Source: Candidatus Poribacteria bacterium (GTDB taxonomy: Bacteria; Poribacteria; WGA-4E; WGA-3G). From it: a stretch of DNA of 64,000 nt. Below the pieces are notes generated by a model that saw nothing but the letters and a program-made list of their open reading frames with translations, ran no database searches and was not told where the DNA came from. The stretch's first letter is position 1; each line of letters opens with the position of its first letter. Made by a program: the position numbers and the translations under genes. Shown in pieces: positions 18,760 through 29,065 of this stretch. The stretch lies in NCBI GenBank assembly GCA_964291315.2, contig OZ219753.1, forward strand, positions 3,197,610 to 3,261,609, read 5' to 3'.

Positions 18760-21700
18760 TCACCGCGCCATCCCCGCCTCACGATACGTCTGCTCAATCA
18801 ACGCGATCTCCGCATCTGTCAAACCATACACCCGATACACCCACGCGTCTATCTCCCGCTCTATGTCGCGCACGCCCTCGCTCTCTGGATCTGCCAATAT
18901 CTGCTCGACGAGCCGTGACAGCTCCGCTTTCTGTGCATCAGTCCGATCTGCTATCGGGGTACGGCGCATATACTGTGGCTTGAAACGTAAACCACCCGTC
19001 CAAGGATCATTAAGGCTCTGGAATTTATGGCGTGCATACCAATCAAGCAGTGTGCTGTTTAAGATAGCAAGCAAGGAGAGATCATAGGTCGGTATAAAGT
19101 GGGTTGTGTCTAACCCGAATGATTTCATTGTGTCATAGCATGCGTGAATCGATTTTGAAATCTCTGGGTACAAAATCTTCGGTTTTTCGAACTTGTCATA
19201 ATAAGCGGTATTCGCTTGTATTTCATACCACTGATAGCGTCCTGCTGCCCTATTTTCAAGTGCCTCTCTATATTGGCTCAGATGTTTCTTGACAGCTGGG
19301 TATCGGTCAATCTCAACCCCTTGCCGTGTGAAGATGAGATATTGCCCTGTGCTATCCGTCCGCCACTTTCTAAGGTCTCGCCCTCTGAGCAAAGGCTTTA
19401 TGAGCTCATCGCTCTTCGGATCCTCGGAGATCAGCCGCTGCCGCACAGCCGCATCGATGATAAATGCCTTGTTATATCCTGTTACGACCCCGCGCCAAAG
19501 TCCATCCACATATTCTCCGAGGGGTGTGCCAGTTGTTTCGAGTTTCCGCAGGAGCCGCACTGTCTCGGGCGATGCCAAGGTCCAGCCCTCCGCTGATAAA
19601 TCACGCGGATGCAGCCGAAACGCCCGCTCCCGAAACGCCGCAGACAGCCGCAGCACATCGGACGCCTCCCGAAACGTCGCCACCGAAACAGGCACTCTGT
19701 CTGATGTAGCATTTTCAAGGATCAGGATACAGGTATCCACACTCGCTTTGAAGACAGCGACACTCCCGAAGTCAAGCAGCCGCTGAATGCGTTGGGTATC
19801 GCTGAAAAAGGTACGCAGTTTTCTGCCATACGCTGCCCGCAAAAACTTGTTTGAGGAGATATACGCCAAGATGCCGTGCCTCCGCAGCAGCTCCGTGCCG
19901 CGCTTGTAAAAATAGACGTAGAGGTCTGCGGTGCCGACATACACCTCTGGGAATAGCCGTTTGTAAGTCGGCTTCATCGCTTTGATAAGTTCTTGTCGCA
20001 CATAAGGTGGGTTGCCGATCACAACATCAAAACCACCGGCTTGAAAAACCTCCGGAAACTCAACCTGCCAGACAAACGCCTCCTCCGGGGCATCTTGCCA
20101 GCCTTGAAGATCCGCTCGGAGTGTCGCGATCTGCTCTCGGAGTGCCTGTCTCTTTGCATCCCCGCGCGTGCCGAAATAGACGGCTTGCCGCTCCTGTATC
20201 TCTTGGATCAACGGCCTGTCAAGCGTCATCTGTTCGGGGGCTGCACCGGTCAAACTGTCTCCTGTTGCAACCTTATAGTCCAAGTTCGGCAGCGGTTCCG
20301 GTACGGCACCTTCATAGTCTACTGTGAGGCTCAGCCACAGGCGCAGCATCGCGATGTTGACAGCGAAGTCGTCTCTGTCCACGCCGTAAAGGTTCTTCCG
20401 GATAATCTCCAGCTTGCGTTCATACACCGTGCCAGAATCGGTCTGATCGCTTTGGAACAGAGCATCGCGCAGGCGGAGCAGTTCGCCCATCATACCGAGT
20501 AGATACGCACCGCTCCCACACGCAGGATCACACACCCGTAAGTTCTGCAGCACCGCTAACACGCCCTCTGAATCGCGGATCCCCGTGGCATCGCCTGCGT
20601 CAACAAACTGTGTCAGGCACGCCGCGCTCTCCGTTGTCTGCGTCTGCAAGCAGAGCTTCAGGCTCTCCCTGCACATGAAGGAGACAACCGCACGCGGCGT
20701 GTAGTAGCTCCCACTGGCGTGCCGCCCCGTGACGAGTTCCTCAAACACCTTACCCAGCATCTCGGGATCCACTGCAACCTCTATGTCTAGCGGCGTGGAT
20801 TCGGTGATCGTGAAGTTATAACGTTCGAAGAGGTTGAGGATGTCGGCAAAGGTGTCGTTCGGCAGATCCACTGCGTGTTGTTCATCATACGGCTGCATCT
20901 CGAAGAGTCCACCGTTGAGGAACGGCACATCGCCGCGCCGGGTGCGAGCGGCGGCATCTTCGGATCCGGACTCACCGGCGGGATTGCTGAGACCGTGGAA
21001 GAAGACGTAATAGAGCCGGTCGTTGAGCAAGCTCTCTGTCCGAGGCTCCTTGTGCTTATCAGAGATTACCCCCCCCGCTTCTTATAGATTCCGCACTGCC
21101 AGAGAGAGTCTCGATGCCCATTGCAGCCTCATACAACGCACGCAAGTAGTCCCGGCGACCCGCATACCGCAACCAACCCTTTTTTTCAAGAAAACGCAGA
21201 AACATCAAACGATTCAACAGACGCTGCGTATACAACCGACGAGCCTCCACAGCGCTCTCCGGGATCCCTGACAGCGAGGCCTCCACCAACGCAAAGACGC
21301 TCTTATACTCACGGAAAAACTGATCCGTCACAGCCGCCACATCAAACGCACGCTGCCATTTAGCAACCCACGCTTGCGACGACGAAAAACCGCCACGCGG
21401 AAACGCCAGAGCCGGCAGGTTGTATTCACACAGCGTCCGAAGGTGCGTATCCCCACGATCCCACGAGAATATAGACAGCACCGCATCCTGCCAAGACGCA
21501 CCCGCACCTGCGAAGTGGGCAAACGCAAACCGATGAAAATCAGCAGTCGTGCAGATGAATAGCAGATGATCCAGCTCCCACGCAGGCAACCGTGCATCTC
21601 GGGCGCGCCTTTCAACCAGACCCCGCAGAACCCGCCGCAACTCCGTGCGATACACCCGCTCGCTACTGAATTCAACAAAGAAGATGCCCCACGGCTGCGA

Positions 21701-21937
21701 GCCGACCTCGGGAGAAAATCCCAACGCCTCGCGCGCGAACGGCGGCAGCTGCAGACAGTCAGCGACTCGTGCCTCAGACGTTTCATCAAGCTCCAGCTCT
21801 GCTGACGACCACGGGAAAGCTATCTCGCCGAGCGTCACGTCTTCGGGGATAGGCCAGTCGAGAGTGTCACGAAAAAACGCTAAGAGCGTCTCAAAGTCAG
21901 TTATAGTATCAACATTTTCAACGGGTATATATGACAT
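18760..21937 (-). pseudogene. Type IIG/IIL (Eco57I-like) restriction-modification enzyme, frameshifted at a G8 tract (21069-21076); possibly phase-variable
   Basis: ORFs 21059-21937 and 18760-21030; PFLNGGLF, GSYYTP, DPACGSGAY, GNPPY, TaqI-C-like TRD; G8->G7 fuses them into one 1058-aa ORF. Confidence 0.85.
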
Positions 21938-22028
21938 TGGTATTCCTCAAGGGTTAGGCGATAAGTAAACGGATAACGGACATCTTGGAAAATAGACCCG
22001 ACCAACGAGACGGGTGCTTCACTCTCCT

Positions 22029-22057
22029 AATATAGCACGCACCGCTTGTTTTGTCAA
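22029..22057 (-). promoter_or_regulatory. sigma70-type promoter for the type IIG gene
   Basis: TTGACA-17 bp-TATATT with extended TG on the minus strand. Confidence 0.65.
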
Positions 22058-22123
22058 ATGTAGCACAACAGGCGTACCGGGTGTAGAACATTAATCTTTA
22101 GTGTGTACCCAAAAGATTTTGCC

Positions 22124-22152
22124 TTGACATTCAGACGTATACCGCGTATCAT
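22124..22152 (+). promoter_or_regulatory. sigma70-type promoter
   Basis: TTGACA-17 bp-TATCAT. Confidence 0.65.
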
Positions 22153-22205
22153 AGATAAAAAAGAATTTACCAATCGGAGATTAGCATTAGAATAGCATAG
22201 AAAAC

Positions 22206-24224
22206 ATGAAAAAATTAATCCTCATATCACCCTTTTTACTCTTCACGTTCTGCTTTCTACACCTGGGACTCAATACCGCCCTTTCCGTGGATTTTATCCA
22301 ATTAGAGCGTGAATTTTCAGGCAAAGGAGCAACCCAAGGGCGGTTCAGTAAGGACATTCATCTTGCCTTTGACAGACAACACATTTACATTAGCGACACC
22401 AAAAATCGATTGATTCAGAAGTTATCGGCGACCGGAGAATTTTTGCTTCAATTCCCAGAAGCACCAGAATCTCCGGACAATATTCTGCGAAAACCAGGGC
22501 ATCTGGCTGTAGATAGCATCGGGAACATCTATGTTGCCGACGTGACTGTGCACCATATTGCCGAAACTGCTGACCCAAAAGTCTACATATTTGTGCCGTG
22601 TGTCTATAAATTCAGTGCAACAGGCGAAGTGTTAGATACCTACTTTGTGGATCCGGTGGACATCCGTCCAAAGGTCGTCTTACCAGTAAATCTCATTATT
22701 GATGAACAAGGGAAAACCGCTTTCGCCATTCAACCGAACGGACATGATAGAGCCCTTCGTGTCGCGCTCAGTGCCGAAAATGAACTCTACGTCTTGGATG
22801 CAACACGAGGACGTATTCATAAATTCAGTGCTGACGGAGAGGCACTGCTCACTTTCGGTAGGTACGGTGCGGCGGACGGCGAATTTGATATGGATGCTGC
22901 AGATATCGCGGTTGACGCGACCGGAAACTTACTCATTGCAGATACCGGGAACCACCGTATTGTGAAATTTGATTCAGCAGGTCAATTTGTCGGCAGTTTT
23001 GGCAGAAAAGGGCGCGGTAACGGTGAATTCACCAAACCGATGGCGCTTGCTACACTGCCCACGGGCGAGATTTTAGTTAAAGATGCAAGTCAATTTCGCA
23101 GGAAAATAGGCGGGATGCCGGAGATCATCGCGCTCTCTCCAACATTGACACAGCTGACGGAAGTTACGCCTGGACAAGCAGAACTTGCCGATACAATCGC
23201 AAACGCAGTTCGAACCCAATACGGACCCTTCCCTCAAAGTCGGGCTGCCACCGCCGATACGGCTGCCTTGAACCGACGCGTCCGATTGCTGGAAGAAGCA
23301 GAATACAACCGTTACTATTCCGACGAAACGAACGATGAAGGTAAGACTGAACTTGCCGAAGAACTCAAACGGAAAGACATCCGTCTCACCATCTTTCATA
23401 ACGTCATCTCACGTATCCAAAAGTTTGACAGCAATGGACAGTATGTGGGACGTATCATTTATGAGACCGACCAGCTTGACGAAGCGAAACACGATCAGAC
23501 CTTCTTAGACCTTGACAATTCTGGGTACCTCTACTTGCGAGATGCCAGCGATTTTACCATCGCGCAGTATTCAGTCACAGGCTTTACTGTGAAACCTTCC
23601 CACATGAATGGATTCTATACTACGCGGGCCGCAAGTCTACGTAACAACTATTTGGAAGATTACGAAGACATTGACTTCTCAACCGATGTCCAAGATCAAC
23701 TCAGCCAATTGGAATTAAAAAATATGTTTGGATGGTCTTACAGCCTGTCTGAACGCTGGCATTTGACGCTCCTTGATGAACTAACTTACAGCGAGCAGGA
23801 TGAACGCTATATCACCCCAGCGAAAGTAGAGGACAGCTACGATTTCGAGACGCAGGCATTAGAGAACGCGTTCGCAGCGAATCTGAAGTTTATTACCAAT
23901 CCGAATCCGTATCGCTATAAGGAGCTAAATCTGTCCGTTGGACGTGTTGATGGTACATCTGATTTGACCCAGGATGCCCTCTTCCCCGAGCTCAACAAAC
24001 AACACAGAAAAGACACCGGCGACGCAAGTTCTACCGTTATTGAGCTGAATTGGGATATATGGTCACGTGGAAACTTATGGCTCCGGTATGCGGACCTGAA
24101 TCCTGCTGAAACAAGTCGAAATTTTGTTCGCCGATTTTACGATGTCTCTGGCGACCTCTATGAAGTCTTTGGAAGCCGCAACGAAGCCAGGCAGTTTATG
24201 GGCGAACTAACCCTAAAATTTTGA
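22206..24224 (+). CDS. Secreted NHL-repeat protein with a putative C-terminal outer-membrane beta-barrel
   Basis: Signal peptide; NHL repeats (DIAVDATGNLLIADTGNHRIVKFD, FGRKGRGNGEFTKP); C-terminus ends FMGELTLKF. Confidence 0.75.
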   Translation: MKKLILISPFLLFTFCFLHLGLNTALSVDFIQLEREFSGKGATQGRFSKDIHLAFDRQHIYISDTKNRLIQKLSATGEFLLQFPEAPESPDNILRKPGHLAVDSIGNIYVADVTVHHIAETADPKVYIFVPCVYKFSATGEVLDTYFVDPVDIRPKVVLPVNLIIDEQGKTAFAIQPNGHDRALRVALSAENELYVLDATRGRIHKFSADGEALLTFGRYGAADGEFDMDAADIAVDATGNLLIADTGNHRIVKFDSAGQFVGSFGRKGRGNGEFTKPMALATLPTGEILVKDASQFRRKIGGMPEIIALSPTLTQLTEVTPGQAELADTIANAVRTQYGPFPQSRAATADTAALNRRVRLLEEAEYNRYYSDETNDEGKTELAEELKRKDIRLTIFHNVISRIQKFDSNGQYVGRIIYETDQLDEAKHDQTFLDLDNSGYLYLRDASDFTIAQYSVTGFTVKPSHMNGFYTTRAASLRNNYLEDYEDIDFSTDVQDQLSQLELKNMFGWSYSLSERWHLTLLDELTYSEQDERYITPAKVEDSYDFETQALENAFAANLKFITNPNPYRYKELNLSVGRVDGTSDLTQDALFPELNKQHRKDTGDASSTVIELNWDIWSRGNLWLRYADLNPAETSRNFVRRFYDVSGDLYEVFGSRNEARQFMGELTLKF

Positions 24225-24239
24225 AGGAATTGCGTAAGT

Positions 24240-25202
24240 ATGGAATTTCGGTCACTTTATCCTGAAGAATTCGAGACCTGGTTAGAGCATGTTACGTCTG
24301 TTTTTGCAGGCGGCGGTCAATACTTTTCGAATCACTGGCACAACGATCCCTGGCGAGACGCTGAAGGGATCCGGGTCGCTGTTGATAATGGTTCCATTGT
24401 TAGTACAGTCCGCGTCTTTATTCGGAAAATGTTTTTGCACGGGGAACCAGTAAGTGTCGGGGGGATCGGAGAAGTCAGCACCCGCCCGGAATACCGTCGA
24501 CGCGGGATCGCCACACAACTTCTCAAGGATGCGATTGAATTTATGGAATCCCGTGACATCGCTATGTCCTCGCTCCACGGAAGCCAACGCATCTATTCGC
24601 TTGAAGGATGGGAAAAAGTGCCCCGCTACTATGCAAGACAATCTTTCAAGGCTGAAAAACTAGCAGAATGGGCAGTGCATGCAATGAATTTTGACAACGC
24701 AGCTGAAGTCAAACGGATCGCGGAAATCTATGATTGGTATGCACGAAAATTCAACGGCACTTTCGTCAGAGACAAGATGACTTACTGGACACAATGGGTG
24801 CGAACTGAGTCATCAAACACATGGGTTGCTAAACGTAATGGCAACATTGAAGGTTATATTTCGGTCGTCCGGCGTGACAATGAGCTGAGCGTCGAAGAAT
24901 TCATCGCTTCAGAGGCTGCTTTCGCAATGGATAAGGGCAAGCAACTTTTTAAAAACATGATTTCTCACATTATCTCCGAGCTAGACGCGAAATCACTGGC
25001 GGTCGTTTATCCGGCCCCGATCGCGGACGGTTTTAAGGCACCGAATATTGAAGAACACGGGAGCACGATGTATCGTATTGTTCAACCGGCTGTGCTTTCG
25101 ACCCGAGCCGATTCAATTCCGAGCTTGCTACACAATCAACCGAAACCTTTCGCACAAGGTATCAAGTCGCATCATATCTTTTGGTATACTGACGGATATT
25201 AA
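24240..25202 (+). CDS. GNAT family N-acetyltransferase (Eis-like N-terminus)
   Basis: GGIGEVSTRPEYRRRGIATQLL acetyl-CoA motif. Confidence 0.85.
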   Translation: MEFRSLYPEEFETWLEHVTSVFAGGGQYFSNHWHNDPWRDAEGIRVAVDNGSIVSTVRVFIRKMFLHGEPVSVGGIGEVSTRPEYRRRGIATQLLKDAIEFMESRDIAMSSLHGSQRIYSLEGWEKVPRYYARQSFKAEKLAEWAVHAMNFDNAAEVKRIAEIYDWYARKFNGTFVRDKMTYWTQWVRTESSNTWVAKRNGNIEGYISVVRRDNELSVEEFIASEAAFAMDKGKQLFKNMISHIISELDAKSLAVVYPAPIADGFKAPNIEEHGSTMYRIVQPAVLSTRADSIPSLLHNQPKPFAQGIKSHHIFWYTDGY

Positions 25203-25251
25203 GCAGCAGACAGATCAATTCATGAAGGCTTCAAAAGTGGAGGATGGAGAA

Positions 25252-26250
25252 ATGGCAAAACTGCGTGTAGGTGTTATCGGTTGTAGCGGTATCGGTACGA
25301 CACAGGTATCAGGTTTAGTCGACATGCCAAACGTTGAATTAGTCGCTGGCTGCGATTTTGTTCAGAGCACATTGGATACTTTTAAAGAAAAACACCAAGA
25401 TACCTGGGATAACATTTCTCTGTACACCGACCATCAAGAGATGCTTGCCTCTGAAAATTTAGACATTGTGACAGTGGCGACTTCTGACCATCAGCACGCC
25501 GATGTGGTCGTTGATGCAGCAAACGCCGGTGTGAAAGGCATCTTCTGTGAAAAACCGATGGCGACGAACATCGCAGATGCAGACAGAATGATGGAGGCAA
25601 CAGCACGAAACCGGACTATCCTATCAATCGATCACACCCGTCGATGGCAGCCGCTGTGGCGGCACACTAAAGAAATAGTCGTCGGCAGCGGACAGATCGG
25701 GGAAGTCCAGTATATTATCGGCACGCTGAGTGGTGGACGAGCAATGCTGTTCCGCAATGGAACGCATCTTATCGATGCTATTTGTTATTTCGCCGATTCT
25801 GATCCACAGTGGGTTTCTGCTGAGCTAGAGGAGGGTTACGAAAACTATAACGAATATAAAGGCGATGGCGGACATGATCCGGCAACGGAACCCTCGGCAC
25901 ACGGCTATATTCACTTTGCAAACGGGGTGCGCGGCTACTACGCCGGGGGGCCAAAGACCACCCTCTCGGGGTTCCGCGTGGAGATTGTGGGCACCGAGGG
26001 TTATATTCTCATCAGTGACCGAGGGGCAACACGCCATCAAGGGGAGGTCATTGAGACAATAACCGCACCGACATGGGACATTTCCGGTATCCCTGCTGGG
26101 CCACGAGAGCTGGTAGGTTTGATTACAGAAGGTGGAGAACCCGTCTCGCCTGGAAGCGAAGGCTACAAAGTTGTCCAAATTATCATCGGTTTTTTAACCT
26201 CACAACAACGCGACAATGGAAAGGTCAAGCTGCCATTGCCTGCAGGTTAA
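25252..26250 (+). CDS. Gfo/Idh/MocA family oxidoreductase
   Basis: RVGVIGCSGIG, CEKPMA, NGTHLID; GGAG RBS before ATG 25252. Confidence 0.9.
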   Translation: MAKLRVGVIGCSGIGTTQVSGLVDMPNVELVAGCDFVQSTLDTFKEKHQDTWDNISLYTDHQEMLASENLDIVTVATSDHQHADVVVDAANAGVKGIFCEKPMATNIADADRMMEATARNRTILSIDHTRRWQPLWRHTKEIVVGSGQIGEVQYIIGTLSGGRAMLFRNGTHLIDAICYFADSDPQWVSAELEEGYENYNEYKGDGGHDPATEPSAHGYIHFANGVRGYYAGGPKTTLSGFRVEIVGTEGYILISDRGATRHQGEVIETITAPTWDISGIPAGPRELVGLITEGGEPVSPGSEGYKVVQIIIGFLTSQQRDNGKVKLPLPAG

Positions 26251-27338
26251 TCCTCATCAGTTTTCAAAACAAATGCATTCTCAGGGGGCCATTGTAGATA
26301 GATCGTATCGCCGCGTTGAAAGCGTAGGGTTTCCCTCGCGCCCGTATTTTGTTGGTGAACGATGAGTGGATCTGGATAGTCGGTCTGTACTGTGTATTGC
26401 AGCGTTGTGCCAAGGTAACTTTCGTCTTGAATTACGCCGCGTAGGAGATTTGGAACATCAGAAGCGGGTGCCACTCTTAAGTTAAAACGTTCTGGACGAA
26501 TCGCAACCGTGACAGGCGTGTTCAATGGGATATCCTTGTTTGACACAGTGACAATTTTAAGCAGCGGTTCTGTTGTTAGCACAATCTCATTCTCACTGAT
26601 ACATATACCTTCAAGAAAGTTAGAGGTACCAATGAAATCCGCGACGAAGCGGTCATGTGGTGAGTCGTAGATTTCAGCGGGCGTGCCTATCTGAAGGATT
26701 TTCCCATCTTTCATCACTGCAATCCGATCAGACAGCGCTAACGCCTCACCTTGATCATGTGTAACGTAGACGAACGTAATGCCGACTTTGCGTTGCAGTA
26801 CTTTGAGTTCCGATTGCATCTGCTTTCGGAGTTTTAAGTCTAGTGCGGAAAGCGGTTCGTCTAAGAGCAAGATACTGGGTTCGTTAATTAATGCACGAGC
26901 GAGTGCGACGCGCTGCCGCTCGCCGCCAGAGAGTTCACTCGGTTTACGGTCGCCATAGCCGGTCAGTTGAATTAAATTTAATGAACGTTCAACGGCATCC
27001 GAGATTTCTTGTTTCGATGCCTTTTTCATCTGTAACCCGAAAGCAATATTCTGTGAGACCGTCTTATGAGGAAATAAAGCGTAATTTTGGAAAACAGTGT
27101 TGACAGGCCGACGATAAGGGGGCGTTTTTATCATCAATTCATCGTTGATGTAGACTTCTCCGGTGGTAGGGTACTCGAAACCTCCGATGAGGCGCAGCGT
27201 CGTTGTTTTTCCGCACCCGCTCGGGCCCAGTAGCGAAAAAAATTCACCGCCCTCTATCTGTAGCGACACGTCATCCACAGCGGTGGTGTCGCCAAACGTT
27301 TTCGTTACGGATATGAGCGTAATCTGGCCTACTGACAT
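26247..27338 (-). CDS. potA: Polyamine-type ABC transporter ATP-binding protein (PotA-like)
   Basis: GPSGCGKTT, NTVFQNYALFPH, LSGGERQR, TOBE-like C-terminus. Confidence 0.85.
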   Translation of the reverse strand: MSVGQITLISVTKTFGDTTAVDDVSLQIEGGEFFSLLGPSGCGKTTTLRLIGGFEYPTTGEVYINDELMIKTPPYRRPVNTVFQNYALFPHKTVSQNIAFGLQMKKASKQEISDAVERSLNLIQLTGYGDRKPSELSGGERQRVALARALINEPSILLLDEPLSALDLKLRKQMQSELKVLQRKVGITFVYVTHDQGEALALSDRIAVMKDGKILQIGTPAEIYDSPHDRFVADFIGTSNFLEGICISENEIVLTTEPLLKIVTVSNKDIPLNTPVTVAIRPERFNLRVAPASDVPNLLRGVIQDESYLGTTLQYTVQTDYPDPLIVHQQNTGARETLRFQRGDTIYLQWPPENAFVLKTDED

Positions 27339-27560
27339 GGATACGTTGTTTTTTGACAGATGACAATGTTCTCTTCGTTCATCGTTGCAGAGGTTTCCCC
27401 GGCGATATTGGATGGACTGTTCTTCTTCGGCATCCGTTTGTTTGGTATGTTTCGGACGATGGTAACCTTATGCGTGAATCCATGTTGTCGGAATGCCTCA
27501 ACAACAAATTCATCAGTCGGTAGCAATACCTCCTTACACGGCAATCGCTAATAATCCGAT
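27329..27560 (-). pseudogene. C-terminal remnant of an amino-DNA methyltransferase
   Basis: LLPTDEF..E.F...GF.H..TIVRNIPNKRMP.KNSPSN..G....TMNEE.IVI resembles MTase C-termini; degenerate and frameshifted upstream. Confidence 0.6.
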
Positions 27561-27594
27561 TGCGGCCATTCTTGCTTTTCAAGGGACTGCACGG

Positions 27595-28277
27595 TCACGC
27601 TGAATCTTGGTCGATAAGGATATCCCTAATAATACTTTCAGTTTCGGGGATACAGAGAAGCTCCTGAAGAAAATAATAAATGTTATCTTCAGCATCTAGC
27701 TTACGAATTTCTATGATCTCATCGTAATTAATCTCTAGTAGATCACAAAACTCTCTTCCTGTCATTGCTTCTTCAATATCGATTTTCTCTTTGAATCCTC
27801 TCCAAATGACTTCATTATCATCTTGATTAAACGCACAAAAGTGAGTTGAAACCCTATACGGGAGCCGTCCTGCATTTCGTCTAGCAAAGCCGTGCAGTGC
27901 CTCACGTTCGCTATTGGCTTTTTTTGTATCAAAGATGTGTCCATCCTTTAATTCCACAATATGACAATGTTGGTGCCCCCCTCGCCTCTTGAAAATCATA
28001 AAATCAGGTTCTGATCCTTGAGAATCTAATTGGATACACCTCTTAATCTTTTTTTTTCGGCCAAAAGCACACCATTAGGCATGATATCTTTGCACAGAAA
28101 GGTATCTAAGTCGTCTATAGTTTCTACTCTCTCCGCTATGAGTTTTTCTAACTCACTCCCTGCAGAGATCACTGTTCCCTGCACCTTGCTCATGAGTTCA
28201 CCTAATGCCTCATTACCGAATAAGCGAGCATATCCGCCAGAAGATTCCTTAGGGATTCTACCTCTAATTTTTGCCAC
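27595..28277 (-). pseudogene. Type II PD-(D/E)xK restriction endonuclease split at an A9 tract (28049-28057)
   Basis: ORFs 28026-28301 and 27595-27999; one extra A joins them via KIKRCIQLDSQGSEPDFMIF...IVELKDG into ~227 aa; GGAGG RBS before GTG 28277. Confidence 0.8.
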
Positions 28278-28278
28278 C

Positions 28279-29040
28279 TTATCCCTCCAGATCGCAACCA
28301 ATGAAATTTCGATTTTTTGAGAGCGCTGCTTCCATGACAGAAAAAGACCCCGCGGCAGGGTCTATTACATAATCGCCTTCATTACTAACCGCAGCAATAA
28401 GTTCTGCTTGCAAGCAGACAGGTTTCTGATGCGGATGCTTTTTCGTTTTCGTCCGTTCGACCCAAACATCGCGAATGTTATGTATTTTCCAAATCCCTTT
28501 GGCCTTTCTAGGGTGCTTCTGCAGAACAACACAATATTCGCTCACGCGCCTGGATCGATATCCCATCCCAAACCTGTCTTTATTCCAGACGATCAAATCA
28601 ACAGTATCTAATTGTGTACTATCAAACCAGGTTCTAAAACCTTGACACAGGTGAAATTTATCTATCCACAGAAACAGATGCCCGGTCGGGATAAGCACAT
28701 CGGCAATGCCTCGAATGAATTCACCGATGAGTTCCTCAGGCATCTGTGTCAATGAACACCTACGTTTTTCTCTACTTTTTCCCTCGTTGCCATAATTCAT
28801 TCTGTCAAGCACCCCTCGATACTGTGGATCAAGAAACGCTACAGGTATAGCTTCTTTGGGAAGATGAGACAGGAGTTTTAGCCCCTCCATCTTTAACCTT
28901 GTATTCGGTTTCAAAAAATTGGGCAGATCGATAGGTGGGGCTTGTACAAGCCGCTCAGTAGAAAATACAGTATTTTTAGCATGATCGGTTGCTTCCGGGA
29001 AAAGTGTAAAGGTTTCCGACGTAGCGGCCAATTTCTTCAT
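28279..29040 (-). CDS. Beta-class amino (probably m6A) DNA methyltransferase
   Basis: FLDPQY catalytic motif precedes HPHQKP and VIDPAAGS SAM-binding motif. Confidence 0.9.
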   Translation of the reverse strand: MKKLAATSETFTLFPEATDHAKNTVFSTERLVQAPPIDLPNFLKPNTRLKMEGLKLLSHLPKEAIPVAFLDPQYRGVLDRMNYGNEGKSREKRRCSLTQMPEELIGEFIRGIADVLIPTGHLFLWIDKFHLCQGFRTWFDSTQLDTVDLIVWNKDRFGMGYRSRRVSEYCVVLQKHPRKAKGIWKIHNIRDVWVERTKTKKHPHQKPVCLQAELIAAVSNEGDYVIDPAAGSFSVMEAALSKNRNFIGCDLEG

Positions 29041-29065
29041 GGATTCTCCTTAACTATTAATCGAC

